From: a virus
Taxonomy: Duplodnaviria > Caudoviricetes
Virus record (IMG/VR): IMGVR_UViG_3300006115_000008
Span: 1-64,000 of that record
Reading direction: 5' to 3' (one strand)
DNA: 64,000 nucleotides
Shown: one piece after another, positions 1 through 9,594 of the stretch
How the letters are laid out: each line of letters starts with the position of its first letter
Position numbering within the stretch: the first letter of the stretch is position 1
Position numbers and translations under genes: made by a program
Notes under the pieces: model-generated
Told to the model about the DNA's origin: nothing
The model's input: the letters and a program-made list of their open reading frames with translations, nothing else
Databases searched by the model: none

Positions 1-811
1 ACTGCATAAAATGTTCTATTTGTGTGTTGCATAACTGCTTGACATATCCCAAATACTTGTCAAATAATGCAGGTTCTACACTAAAGTTGCTAGTGACATT
101 TAAATGTAAATCGGGTTTGGGCATGGCCAACACATAGTCAAATACTTTATAAGTATTCTTGTCCATGAGTGGTTCGCCACCAGTCATTCTAAAATGTTTT
201 AGTTTGGGATACAGTGTGGGCCACCATTCCCAAAATGCCTCTACATATGGGTTGTCATGGCTGGCAGGTATAGGGCGGTTTCTACCAACAAAGTGACTAG
301 GGTCGTTATGAATAGTGCTAGTAGGATATCCTCCCCACCGATCAACTTCCGCTTGCCAGGTACTAGAGAATTGAGGACTGCAATAGCTACAAGCAAGATT
401 GCAGGCATGATTAAAATTAACTTCCACGTAACTTGGGACAACATCGTCTTCCTCTCCTGTACTATTTACTATTGTGTCATAATCTTCTGCGGCCCATGGC
501 TCGCCACTACGGTAATGCCTATCGCTTAGTTGGTCATGTTTTTCAATATTCCAACAATAACTGCATTCACTGGGTTTTTCATTCTTTAACATAATAACAC
601 GTTGTGCTTTTTTATGCTCGGTATTGTGTAATGCTCCGGGATTGTTTTTTAACACGTCGGCATCGATTGCATGTAGTGGCGGATGATAGCAACTGTTGTT
701 GAGTCCTGTGGGTAAATGTAGACTTACTTGTTTCCATTTTGCCAAACAAAGTGCAGGGCCTAAGTTCTCCTTCATCCACTCTGCGCTGGCCATAAAATCA
801 CTTTTGTTCAT
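1..811 (-). CDS. Radical SAM protein with N-terminal Twitch/SPASM-like Cys cluster (3' end runs off the window; not in ORF track)
   Basis: Manual translation from ATG at 811 gives MNKSDFMASAEWMKENLGPALCLAKW...SCYHP...CSYCW...NHACNLACSYCSPQFSS...RMTGGEP, with the CxxxCxxC and GGEP motifs. The start overlaps the stop of the upstream ORF. Confidence 0.9.
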   Translation of the reverse strand, partial: MNKSDFMASAEWMKENLGPALCLAKWKQVSLHLPTGLNNSCYHPPLHAIDADVLKNNPGALHNTEHKKAQRVIMLKNEKPSECSYCWNIEKHDQLSDRHYRSGEPWAAEDYDTIVNSTGEEDDVVPSYVEVNFNHACNLACSYCSPQFSSTWQAEVDRWGGYPTSTIHNDPSHFVGRNRPIPASHDNPYVEAFWEWWPTLYPKLKHFRMTGGEPLMDKNTYKVFDYVLAMPKPDLHLNVTSNFSVEPALFDKYLGYVKQLCNTQIEHFMQ

Positions 812-1766
812 TTAATTTTACTCTTGATGCATCTATTTTTTGTAAATGCTTTCTGTTGTATTCCAAAGTTGATTGCATGTCAACTAATAGCTCATGCAAA
901 TTGTTGTTGTCTAATTTAAATATATCTTCAAGCACTTGTTTAATTTGACACAATCTCTCATAATTACTGTAATTGTCGTAATCCTCGTTCCACCAACGAT
1001 CAAATGTTCGAAATCCCATACGTTTTAAATTACCTAAATATCCAGCTGGCCCCATTACAATAAATGGAGTCTGGGCTATAATAGGTCTTAGTGTTTTCTC
1101 TGTGGGAAAGAATGACCTTCCTGATATATAAGTTTCTACTACAATATCTGCAAATATGTTTTTATATTGATGTATAATGTTATAGTGCGTGGGCGGACCA
1201 ATTGTGTAATTTAAGAATCCTTCGTCCAATGTCACAGGGCAATGTTTAATAAATTGCGCCACTGAGGACAACTCTTCCGGAGCAAACACATTAATATCGG
1301 TCATGCCCGATTCCAATCTATGACGTTCTTCTAAAGGATCATAGTGCATGGTTAGCAATGCCTTTTCTTTATAATTGGTATGCAACCAGGCGCTAAGTAT
1401 TAGCCTATGCCAATTGGCTTTGCCTAAAAAACACCCTACATGTTTTAGCTCTTTGCTCTTGACTTCTAGTTTATAATTGAATACTGATTTACATTTTGTT
1501 ATCCAATGATTGTCCTGAATTGATATATTGTAATCAGGATGGGCTTCTTCTACGTTAGTTGTTACTATAGTAACACGAGACCGTTCAATATTGTATTTGT
1601 CGCAAATATAGTCTAGTACTGGATAAAATCTAGCAGAGTTCAAACAAACTCCTTCAGAATTAGTGTGTATAACAACCTCATTGGTAGTTTGATATTCTTT
1701 TATAATATCCGCAACTCTTAAAGATACATCAAATATCTCTCGATCTCTATTGGGCAAGTTAATCAT
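798..1766 (-). CDS. Putative glycosyltransferase (GT10/GT-B-like, 'ET..F.TEK..RP' family)
   Basis: 322 aa. Motif VVETY...FPTEKTLRPI...PFIVMG...LKRMGFRTF..W.EDYD is shared with 41323-41871 and 59993-60982. Confidence 0.55.
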   Translation of the reverse strand: MINLPNRDREIFDVSLRVADIIKEYQTTNEVVIHTNSEGVCLNSARFYPVLDYICDKYNIERSRVTIVTTNVEEAHPDYNISIQDNHWITKCKSVFNYKLEVKSKELKHVGCFLGKANWHRLILSAWLHTNYKEKALLTMHYDPLEERHRLESGMTDINVFAPEELSSVAQFIKHCPVTLDEGFLNYTIGPPTHYNIIHQYKNIFADIVVETYISGRSFFPTEKTLRPIIAQTPFIVMGPAGYLGNLKRMGFRTFDRWWNEDYDNYSNYERLCQIKQVLEDIFKLDNNNLHELLVDMQSTLEYNRKHLQKIDASRVKLNEQK

Positions 1767-2659
1767 TCTCTTGTCATTGGGCCCATGTTTTTAAAATTAC
1801 TTTTATAATGATGCTTAAAAAATTGACTTTGGCTAGCATCCAGGTTAACCATTGGTAGTCCTAACCGTTGTGTTAATTCTTCTCGATAATTATAGAGAAA
1901 GTTTACAGGATCGAAATGTTGTACGGTCTCTTCCCAATATTGATTCAACATCGCAAAGTCCTGTACTTGTCTATAATCCCAGTCACTTAACATTGTATTA
2001 TATGTGCCTTGTCTTGCTCCGGCCATGGCCCAAATGCCATTTTCGTTATCAGCACCCACGTTGTGCCATATACTCAGATTGTCCATGTTGCGGGCGACTA
2101 CACGAGTTTTAAACTCAGCGATACTGGGCTTTGCTCCTCTATCCAAACACATTTTAACACCTTCACGGAATCCGGCTCTCCATGCTTGGAACGCAGTGGC
2201 ATCAGGGTATGTGGTGCTATAGCAGTCATGCATAGCCCAATAGTCAGGGTGGAAACAAAACTCCACAGCAGTGTCATCTGAGCCATCACTATTCTCATGT
2301 GTTTTCATGTTGTAGACAAAGTCCTTGTGCCAAATGCTTAGGCCACCATTGCCATACATCAAGCCATTGATATTATTCCTAGCACGATAGCGAAATACAC
2401 CACGAGCATTGATTCGTGAGTCCAACTGTAAATTAAAGAAGGCGGCGTCAGGAATATTGTCACCATCGATCAGCACAAATCGATCAGTGGTACTAGCATC
2501 AGCAGCTGCTTTGTGTGCGGCATCACTTCCTTTTACACCGTCCACTCTTTGAGCCCAAGGCACCATATTCTGTATCTTAATCCAAAATTCTTCTCGCTTG
2601 GGTTCATCGTAAGTTAGATAAATTACATCTAAGTCTGCTATATCAATTAGTTCTTGCAT
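1763..2659 (-). CDS. Glycosyltransferase family 2-like protein (GT-A fold)
   Basis: 298 aa. RVDGVKGSDAAHKAAA...FVLIDGDN (DxD motif)...YGNGG. Confidence 0.7.
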   Translation of the reverse strand: MQELIDIADLDVIYLTYDEPKREEFWIKIQNMVPWAQRVDGVKGSDAAHKAAADASTTDRFVLIDGDNIPDAAFFNLQLDSRINARGVFRYRARNNINGLMYGNGGLSIWHKDFVYNMKTHENSDGSDDTAVEFCFHPDYWAMHDCYSTTYPDATAFQAWRAGFREGVKMCLDRGAKPSIAEFKTRVVARNMDNLSIWHNVGADNENGIWAMAGARQGTYNTMLSDWDYRQVQDFAMLNQYWEETVQHFDPVNFLYNYREELTQRLGLPMVNLDASQSQFFKHHYKSNFKNMGPMTRE

Positions 2660-2987
2660 AATATTCTATATCTGTGTATTCTTCATCTTCTATTAGTAAT
2701 CCGGCATGACCTTGTACTACTGGGAATCCCTCTGTACTTTTAGTCAATTGTACACGATATCGAGCATCATGGTCAATCTTTACCAGTCGTTCCTTAATAA
2801 CTCGATAGTTAAAATATGTATTGTATTCTTGTTTAGTGGCTACAATATATTTGCCACTTTCAGGATGATTGGTCATTGAACAAGAAATTATATTTCCCTC
2901 TTCGTCATAGTAAATTCTATATTCTAGAGTTACTTTAGGTAACACTTTTATCATGCTTTCAACTTCAAGCCAAAAGTCGTTACTCAT
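2643..2987 (-). CDS. Hypothetical phage protein
   Basis: 114 aa ORF overlapping both neighbours in the operon. Confidence 0.7.
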   Translation of the reverse strand: MSNDFWLEVESMIKVLPKVTLEYRIYYDEEGNIISCSMTNHPESGKYIVATKQEYNTYFNYRVIKERLVKIDHDARYRVQLTKSTEGFPVVQGHAGLLIEDEEYTDIEYYARTN

Positions 2988-3691
2988 AAATTCAATTCCT
3001 TTACTATATAGTCAAAAAGTATCTGATGTCCATGCCTATTAGGATGACGTCCATCAGGATAAAAAATATCTTCTTTATACATTTTAAAACACTCTTCATA
3101 AAAATATAATTCATCAACAACTTGTTTTTTAAAATCATTAGTATATGAATCTAATTTTATATGGTTTACCATTGTATCATCTTCTGTACATTGAGGAAAT
3201 AACGATTTATATTCCTCAACATGTCCAACTAGCAGACGTACCCAACTCGGGACTAAAGGTGTTAAATATTCAAATTGTTTTAACTCGTCAAGATTCAAAT
3301 CTTGCTTACCACCTAATAGGTATATTTTTATTTTTGACGCATTCAATCTTGTATAAGATTCTTTTAATAAATTATTGCCTAGATTAAAAACTCCATTTGC
3401 TATTAGGATGTGTTGTGTTAGACTATTTAACGGTACGTCACGAAACGCTTCTGTTTGAATCCAAAACACAACATCATTCTCAGTATACGCAGACAAACTT
3501 ATTTGTAATCTTCTAATAGAAGCAAAATTTGAAACCCCGCCTTTTGATGTATTAATCACAGAGTATCCCAAGTCCAAGAAATACTGCTCTAGTCCTTTAT
3601 GTGCAATCCCAGAGCCTTCATTACTTTGAACTTTCCATTCGCCGCATCCCCAACTGTCACCACCAATAAAAATTTTAGGTTTTTGACTCAT
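2984..3691 (-). CDS. SGNH/GDSL hydrolase-like protein
   Basis: N-terminal GGDSW, GVSN block and C-terminal DGRHPNRHGH. Confidence 0.7.
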   Translation of the reverse strand: MSQKPKIFIGGDSWGCGEWKVQSNEGSGIAHKGLEQYFLDLGYSVINTSKGGVSNFASIRRLQISLSAYTENDVVFWIQTEAFRDVPLNSLTQHILIANGVFNLGNNLLKESYTRLNASKIKIYLLGGKQDLNLDELKQFEYLTPLVPSWVRLLVGHVEEYKSLFPQCTEDDTMVNHIKLDSYTNDFKKQVVDELYFYEECFKMYKEDIFYPDGRHPNRHGHQILFDYIVKELNL

Positions 3692-4514
3692 AGTATTCTA
3701 TTAGTTCTGATGTAGCATAGTTTTTGTCATGATAGTGCACAGGCGCATACTGATTTAGGTTATTAATACGTATAACATCACCATCACGCTCATGCATCAC
3801 AGTGTCTAACCATGAGCGTGCATCACTCCAACCATTAAAGCCCGACTTCATGTGTACAAAGTTTATAAAGTCCATGGAGGGTATTGTGACTGCTTCATCG
3901 CCCATCATCAATGCAACCAATGCATATACAACATCAGTTGTGGGCTTTAGATCTAGGTCTACACCTTCAAGATGCATTTTAATAAGATCCCATTCCTTAA
4001 ATACATAATCAGCAAGATCAAAAAATTGTTTAGCAGTCTGCGTATATCTAAAATACATCAATCCGTTATAAACATCAGGCAAACTATTTGTGTCAAACAG
4101 TTGTCTATATTTTCTAACCGCACTATATGTACCCAAAATATTTTTAGCACCAGTACTCAAACAAACATCTCGAAGCCTAAATGCAGTCCACCAATGGTCA
4201 ATACTGCGTGTAAACAATAAATCACTTTCTAGTTTGATGGTTTCTTTAAACGGAGTCATCGAGAACACATACGGTTCTGCCGCAAAGGGATTTTGTTCAA
4301 ATTCCTCGGATAGTCGAATAACATAATCAAATGCGTCAAGTTGTCGGTTGTTGAATGAATTATAAGTTGCTTCATCCGCAATGACTGCATAACTGTTCGC
4401 TCGTTGCGTGGCTTTGACATTTAAACATTGTAGGTATGCTAGTCGCCCGTAGTCAACCGCACTGGTATTAATTGCAAAGGTTAAAAAACCCTGTTGTTCT
4501 CGGTGTTGGCTCAT
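3675..4514 (-). CDS. Nucleotide-diphospho-sugar transferase (GT8/GT-A-like)
   Basis: GFLTFA...TPFKETIKLESDLLF...YNGLMYF...TDVVYA...FVHMK. Paralogous to 5358-6173. Confidence 0.6.
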   Translation of the reverse strand: MSQHREQQGFLTFAINTSAVDYGRLAYLQCLNVKATQRANSYAVIADEATYNSFNNRQLDAFDYVIRLSEEFEQNPFAAEPYVFSMTPFKETIKLESDLLFTRSIDHWWTAFRLRDVCLSTGAKNILGTYSAVRKYRQLFDTNSLPDVYNGLMYFRYTQTAKQFFDLADYVFKEWDLIKMHLEGVDLDLKPTTDVVYALVALMMGDEAVTIPSMDFINFVHMKSGFNGWSDARSWLDTVMHERDGDVIRINNLNQYAPVHYHDKNYATSELIEYYESKT

Positions 4515-4515
4515 A

Positions 4516-5361
4516 TTAAAATCTTATTCTTGGTTTTGTTGTTTTCCAATTTGGATTATTATATTCCTTAATCCATTTTCTAGTACTTGCTGAAATTGCA
4601 AAATTTAATGCATCTAAATACAGTAGATGTTCTTGTGGAGTAGGATGCGTGTCCATTCTAATATTCTTTTTAAAAAACTTTTCTTTTATTTCTGTTTTAA
4701 TTTTATCCGAAATGTTAGTTAAAATATTTGCATTAAAATCTTGCCAACTTGGCCAATCGTTTCCTTTTAGTATATTGTACTCTGTTTCGCTTTCAGTAGA
4801 AGGCACAGGTCTACTATACCAATCATTATTAAAAACTACTTCATATACACTAGGCTTAATTGCCAACAAGTCATCCTTGTATAACTCTAAAACATTTTTA
4901 TTAATGATCAATTGATTATCAAATTCATCAACACTATCATTATAATAGTTCAATGGTACCATAGATAAAAACTGCCATTGGCAACCAAGTGATTCTAATA
5001 TCTGTTTTGTCCCCGATATAGTAGCCAAATCTCGAATTAGGTAACCAATTGGATCTGCAAATGTCTTAACAAAATTTCTATCATATTCCGATTGATTATA
5101 TATACTACCCGGAGTAATCCAACCTCGTTCGGAGGTCCAACGATCTTCTCTTGCTATACTAGTCCACATAATAATAACAGTATCGTCTTTGGTTATGTTA
5201 TTGCGTTTAGCACATTCAATTAGCGAATTAAAAATAAAACTGTTACCGGCACCAGTCCTGCCCCAATTTTCAAAATAATCAAATTCTCGTCCCAATATAT
5301 CTGCCCAAGTTGGCCATTTATACTCTGTGAAACTACAACCAAACGTAAATAATCGGGTCAC
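4516..5361 (-). CDS. SGNH hydrolase-like protein
   Basis: RLFTFGCSFT...WADIL...GAGN...MWTS..RED...DTHPTP..H. Confidence 0.65.
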   Translation of the reverse strand: MTRLFTFGCSFTEYKWPTWADILGREFDYFENWGRTGAGNSFIFNSLIECAKRNNITKDDTVIIMWTSIAREDRWTSERGWITPGSIYNQSEYDRNFVKTFADPIGYLIRDLATISGTKQILESLGCQWQFLSMVPLNYYNDSVDEFDNQLIINKNVLELYKDDLLAIKPSVYEVVFNNDWYSRPVPSTESETEYNILKGNDWPSWQDFNANILTNISDKIKTEIKEKFFKKNIRMDTHPTPQEHLLYLDALNFAISASTRKWIKEYNNPNWKTTKPRIRF

Positions 5362-6173
5362 AATAATCCATTTACTAATTGTTCAAAGTCTTGACTTTGT
5401 AAGTATTGTTTGTCCATGACATGCGTATTTTGTCTTGGCACAACTTTTCCAATACCATCACCGTATACATATAAAAAATTATCATCATATAACACCTGAT
5501 CAATCTTTTCCTCTATAGTAAACATCGGCCACGGAATTCCCTGATCCTCGTTTAAATTGTATCCTGATAAAATATTATTAGCAATGGCAAAAGCATAGTC
5601 GTTTCTATAGTTGCCTTCGCGAATATTATATAGTTTACGATAATATCCATAGTTGCGTTGTATCTTGCCAACTAGTTCAAAAAGCATTTCTGCACGTTTT
5701 GATTTACGAAATAGTATAACAGTGGCCCATATGAATGGTAAACTGGTCTCGCCCATTTTTTCGTATACTGCACCTGCATAGTTTGTATTGTGATGCATTA
5801 GTTTGTAATCAAATTCTGTATCAAAAAGACTAGAGAGACTGGAATCAAGGACCAGATAATCGCAGTCAAGCAACACAGTATCTTCATAGGGCGTGAGAGT
5901 GTATGCGTAGTGTCTTCCAAAGTTTCTCCATTGAACATTTTTATCTCTCCAGTTATTGCCTTGCGGGTCTATTGTTATAATATTATCGTATCTAAATTCA
6001 GGGTCTGCGTCGTGGTCGGTTATTAAGGTGACGGGCAAATCCATAAACCGGCTAGCCAATTGGCTTGTGCGATCCGCTATCTTTACATAGTCAACTGTCT
6101 CAGTATTAAAGGCAAATACAACAATTCCTCTAGACATTGAAATGGATTTTTCTAATTTTCTTGAGTTTGTCAT
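5358..6173 (-). CDS. Nucleotide-diphospho-sugar transferase (GT-A-like); alternative start at 6137
   Basis: RGIVVFAFN...TPYEDTVLLDCDY (DxD)...WATVILF...RNDYAF...HVMDK. Confidence 0.65.
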   Translation of the reverse strand: MTNSRKLEKSISMSRGIVVFAFNTETVDYVKIADRTSQLASRFMDLPVTLITDHDADPEFRYDNIITIDPQGNNWRDKNVQWRNFGRHYAYTLTPYEDTVLLDCDYLVLDSSLSSLFDTEFDYKLMHHNTNYAGAVYEKMGETSLPFIWATVILFRKSKRAEMLFELVGKIQRNYGYYRKLYNIREGNYRNDYAFAIANNILSGYNLNEDQGIPWPMFTIEEKIDQVLYDDNFLYVYGDGIGKVVPRQNTHVMDKQYLQSQDFEQLVNGLL

Positions 6174-6459
6174 GTTGTTGGTGCCAACGGTTCATTACTT
6201 TTTGATAGTGTTCTTGACATTGTTCGGCAAAGAATTCGCGATCGGGTATGTGTATGGGATTTTGATATGTGTCTTCCAAATACAAGTCTTGAGTCTGAGG
6301 CCATGCACTGGCAAACAAAATCAATTCTGGTGTAGCCTTGAACAATCCACCGTTGTAGGTAAAATGCAAATCGGTTTGTATTTTTTCGCGGAGTATGCGT
6401 TTGTTAACTTGGTAGTCTGTAGCTACCGTGATATATGATTTGAGTGTGTCTAAGTCCAT
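6130..6459 (-). CDS. Hypothetical phage protein, first gene of the accessory operon
   Basis: 109 aa ORF directly behind a sigma70 promoter. Confidence 0.75.
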   Translation of the reverse strand: MDLDTLKSYITVATDYQVNKRILREKIQTDLHFTYNGGLFKATPELILFASAWPQTQDLYLEDTYQNPIHIPDREFFAEQCQEHYQKVMNRWHQQHDKLKKIRKIHFNV

Positions 6460-6465
6460 CTACAC

Positions 6466-6494
6466 AGTATAACATGTCACTGAGTTAATGTCAA
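6466..6494 (-). promoter_or_regulatory. Sigma70-type (early/middle) promoter, probably leaderless transcript
   Basis: Minus strand reads TTGACA-17 nt-TATACT with extended -10 TG. The ATG of 6130-6459 follows 6 nt later, with no Shine-Dalgarno. Confidence 0.8.
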
Positions 6495-6503
6495 TGAGTT
6501 TGG

Positions 6504-7424
6504 TTAGGAGATTGTAACCGTGCCCCAAGAATTATTCAAATTGGTAGATTCTGGATACACCACATCAATTCTATGATTCCAAGTAACATTAAGTGATTCA
6601 TTAAATGATGAGGATACTGCCCCCGAAAAAACGGTAAAGTCTAAATAAATTACAGACCCAGCATCACCATTTGCGCCCTGTGCGCCATTACTTCTCATAT
6701 TAAGTTGAAAATAATCACTGGTGTAAGTTGGGCTTAGAGATGACAATTGACAAACGGTTACTCCTGTTGTGCTAAGATTGTAATATCCATAGTTGGGAAT
6801 TGAGATAGTTGTTGTGCCACCTACTCCGCTTTTTCCGCCATTAGTGTTATAACGTATTGCAGGAAGGCTATTAAAGTTTGTTCCAATTAGTGTTACCCAG
6901 TCTGCGCTTCTAGGACTTCCGTCACCATTGGAAACGCCAGTGGTAACAAAATTTAGCTGGCCACCACAATTAAAAAAGTAACGTGCTTGATCTGCGCTGG
7001 CAAATGTTATTGTTCTAGTAAATTTCCAAGTTTGTGCTGCTGTTGTTGCAGCAACTGTGTAGTTTGGACTAAAAACTGATCCAGTGGTAGTAGATCCTTG
7101 CGTTACGTAACTTAATCTATTGGTATATGCGGATGTTATGCTAGATGCCAATGCAGAAATCCAGTATATAGTCCCTCCCGAGGTAACAGTACTAATTCCA
7201 GACCCAGTTCCAGACTGGTGATTGAACATGCTATTAAGAGTGTTGATTAAACTAGCCCACTGAGTAGCAGATATTGTTCCAGCATTGCTGACTGTAGCTA
7301 ATGCTGTTTGTCCATATCCAGCACTACCGCTACCAGTAGACCATATATTATTCAGCTGGTGTGTGCCATTTAGAAAATTGTTATAGTCTGCGGCTTGTAT
7401 TAATCCACCAGAACTGTAGGCCAT
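6504..7424 (-). CDS. Virion structural protein (tail-associated), tandem paralog A
   Basis: 306 aa, S/T/G-rich. MAYSSGGLI...GYGQT...ARYFFN.GG; similar along its whole length to 7435-8367. Confidence 0.7.
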   Translation of the reverse strand: MAYSSGGLIQAADYNNFLNGTHQLNNIWSTGSGSAGYGQTALATVSNAGTISATQWASLINTLNSMFNHQSGTGSGISTVTSGGTIYWISALASSITSAYTNRLSYVTQGSTTTGSVFSPNYTVAATTAAQTWKFTRTITFASADQARYFFNCGGQLNFVTTGVSNGDGSPRSADWVTLIGTNFNSLPAIRYNTNGGKSGVGGTTTISIPNYGYYNLSTTGVTVCQLSSLSPTYTSDYFQLNMRSNGAQGANGDAGSVIYLDFTVFSGAVSSSFNESLNVTWNHRIDVVYPESTNLNNSWGTVTIS

Positions 7425-7434
7425 GCTTGCTCTC

Positions 7435-8367
7435 TTATGTTATTGTAACTGTGCCCCAACTGTTAGATAAGTTGGTTGTTTCTGGGTAAACTACATCAAT
7501 TCTGTGATTCCAAGTCACGTTAATACTTTCGTTAAACGATTGTGATTTGGCGGCTGAATAAACATTAAAACCAAAATACACTACAGATCCTACATCGGCA
7601 TTAGAGCCCTGAACTCCATTGGTGCTAATGGTACAGTTTATATAGTCGCTAGTGTAGCTCGATGTTGAGCTGAAGACTTGCGCTATAGTCGCGCCAGATG
7701 AACAGTTCCAGTAACCAGCTGCGGTGTTAGCGAAAACGGATGCACCACCTGTGCCACTGCGTCCACCATTTGTGGTCCCGCGTATGGCACTGACACTGCC
7801 CAAGTTGGTGCCGATTAATGTTACCCAATCACCAGAACGACTGGTGCTATCCCCGTTTGTGGCACTGATTGTTACAAAATTTAATTGTCCGCCAGCATTA
7901 AAGAAATAACGTGCTGCATCGCCGCTGCTGAATGTACAAGTACGCTGAATGTGCCAGTTTTGTAACGCAGTGGTTGTTGCCACTGTGAAGTTAGGACTAA
8001 AAGTTGATCCTGTTGTAGTAGAGCCTTGACTATTAAAAGCCGATGCATTTGTATATGCCGTCGAAATGTTTGTACTAAATGTACCAAGGTAAGCAGCCAA
8101 GCTACCGCTAGTAGGAGCGCTGATACCAGTTCCACTACCACTTTGGTGTGTTCTAATACTGTTTAAAGTATTAATTGCACTTGCCCATTGAGTAGCAGTT
8201 ACTACTGTTGCGCCACTGACTTGGCTTAATGCTGTTTGTCCGTAGCCATACTGGCCATTTCCAACGGCCCATACTGTGTTTAGCGTATTTGCTGTACTGC
8301 TTGGGCTAGAGCCCACAAAACCATTATAATCTGTTGCTGCTATTAGTCCGCCCGAACTGTATGCCAT
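7435..8367 (-). CDS. Virion structural protein (tail-associated), tandem paralog B
   Basis: 310 aa. Shares the N-terminus and C-terminal NVTWNHRID(V)VYPE.TNL.NSWGTVTI with paralog A. Confidence 0.7.
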   Translation of the reverse strand: MAYSSGGLIAATDYNGFVGSSPSSTANTLNTVWAVGNGQYGYGQTALSQVSGATVVTATQWASAINTLNSIRTHQSGSGTGISAPTSGSLAAYLGTFSTNISTAYTNASAFNSQGSTTTGSTFSPNFTVATTTALQNWHIQRTCTFSSGDAARYFFNAGGQLNFVTISATNGDSTSRSGDWVTLIGTNLGSVSAIRGTTNGGRSGTGGASVFANTAAGYWNCSSGATIAQVFSSTSSYTSDYINCTISTNGVQGSNADVGSVVYFGFNVYSAAKSQSFNESINVTWNHRIDVVYPETTNLSNSWGTVTIT

Positions 8368-8380
8368 TTTGTGTTAATCC

Positions 8381-9562
8381 TTAACTGTTCATTTTAACTG
8401 CGGCTTCAACTATACCTTCGCCAGCAGTTGTTTTGTTCTCTAATGCTCTACCAATAACATTCCAAGCAGTAAGCTCAGATTTTTTACCAGCTCTAGCTAG
8501 GCCATTGCCGGCGCTTACCAAACGGTCACCTTTTGATATTTTACCAATTACTTTAACTGGAACTCTACCTTGTACTGCTACTGGGGGATGTGTCTTGTCG
8601 TTGCCGGCTCGTGAATTCATCAGATAGCCTGCATTAGTACTTATGACGCCAAACACTTCTTCGCTTAAATCTTGCCCGACTGCGGTGATTTCTGCGGTTC
8701 CTCCCATTTCTACTACAGTTCCTGGCTCGTATTCGGCATCGGCTTCGAATCTTTCGGCCAAGTCAGCGTATTGTGCGTGTAAACTGGTTCCGTACACGTT
8801 GTTGAACCATGCACTGGTACTGCCCAAATTAACTGAAGCATTAGCAGCTGGGATAACGCCAGCGCTAACATATACTGTACTTGCTGTTAATCCACCGTAT
8901 TGATCACGTTGTGCTAAACTTAATCCCGCTGCTGTTTGTGATTGTGTGCTGATTGCCCAACTTGGACTTGCTACTGTACTAAAATTAATACCAGCAACAA
9001 CAGTTGGACTGAATCCAGACTGGCTTGTTGAGAAAGTATCTTTTGAAATAACTGCGTAAAGTGTATTGCTGAATACCAACTTAATTACAATGTGTGTTCC
9101 GCCCGACGTATCGGACATTAGATCAGGAATCGCTCCAGTATTACCAGTTGCAGTAGTAGCTGCGGGACCAACTGTGATCCAATTGCTACCAGAATAGACT
9201 TTTAACTGATTGTTTGTAGTATCAAACCATAAATCTCCACCTAATGCACTTAAATCTGTAGGAGGAGTTGCAAACGGAGCACTAGTAGCACCAGTTGAAA
9301 TCTTCCAACTGTTACCAGAATAGACTTTTAGTACGTTGTTTGTTTGGTCCCACCAAAGTTGTCCTTTTAGCGGATTAGCAGGACTTGAAGTATTTGCAAA
9401 GTTTTCTAATAAATGGACAAAGTTATCGTTTAAAAATTGCCCATAGTTTGCAAAATTTTTACCAATTAAGGTTAAACTTGTATGTGTAGTATCTGTGCTA
9501 CCGTCAGACAATCCACCAGGAATTAAGTTTGATCCGTTGGTTAGATTAATAGTATATGACAT
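8381..9562 (-). CDS. Tail fibre protein with C-terminal intramolecular-chaperone/autocleavage-like domain
   Basis: Shared fibre N-terminal domain (LTLIGKN...ENF...GQLWWD). C-terminus AQYADLAERF...GTVV...GVIST...GRVPVKV.G...KGD.LV...IGRALE. Confidence 0.7.
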   Translation of the reverse strand: MSYTINLTNGSNLIPGGLSDGSTDTTHTSLTLIGKNFANYGQFLNDNFVHLLENFANTSSPANPLKGQLWWDQTNNVLKVYSGNSWKISTGATSAPFATPPTDLSALGGDLWFDTTNNQLKVYSGSNWITVGPAATTATGNTGAIPDLMSDTSGGTHIVIKLVFSNTLYAVISKDTFSTSQSGFSPTVVAGINFSTVASPSWAISTQSQTAAGLSLAQRDQYGGLTASTVYVSAGVIPAANASVNLGSTSAWFNNVYGTSLHAQYADLAERFEADAEYEPGTVVEMGGTAEITAVGQDLSEEVFGVISTNAGYLMNSRAGNDKTHPPVAVQGRVPVKVIGKISKGDRLVSAGNGLARAGKKSELTAWNVIGRALENKTTAGEGIVEAAVKMNS

Positions 9563-9588
9563 TTAAATTCCTTTGATCGCTATTAGTA

Positions 9589-9594
9589 TATTTA
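9589..9594 (-). promoter_or_regulatory. T4-like late promoter motif (TAAATA)
   Basis: CATAAATA overlaps the stop codon of the upstream gene and is followed by an AAGGA RBS and the ATG at 9562. Confidence 0.55.

Noticed and set aside
241-529. Short ORFs 241-444 (-) and 257-529 (+)
   Set aside because: They lie inside the partial radical SAM gene 1-811 in other frames.
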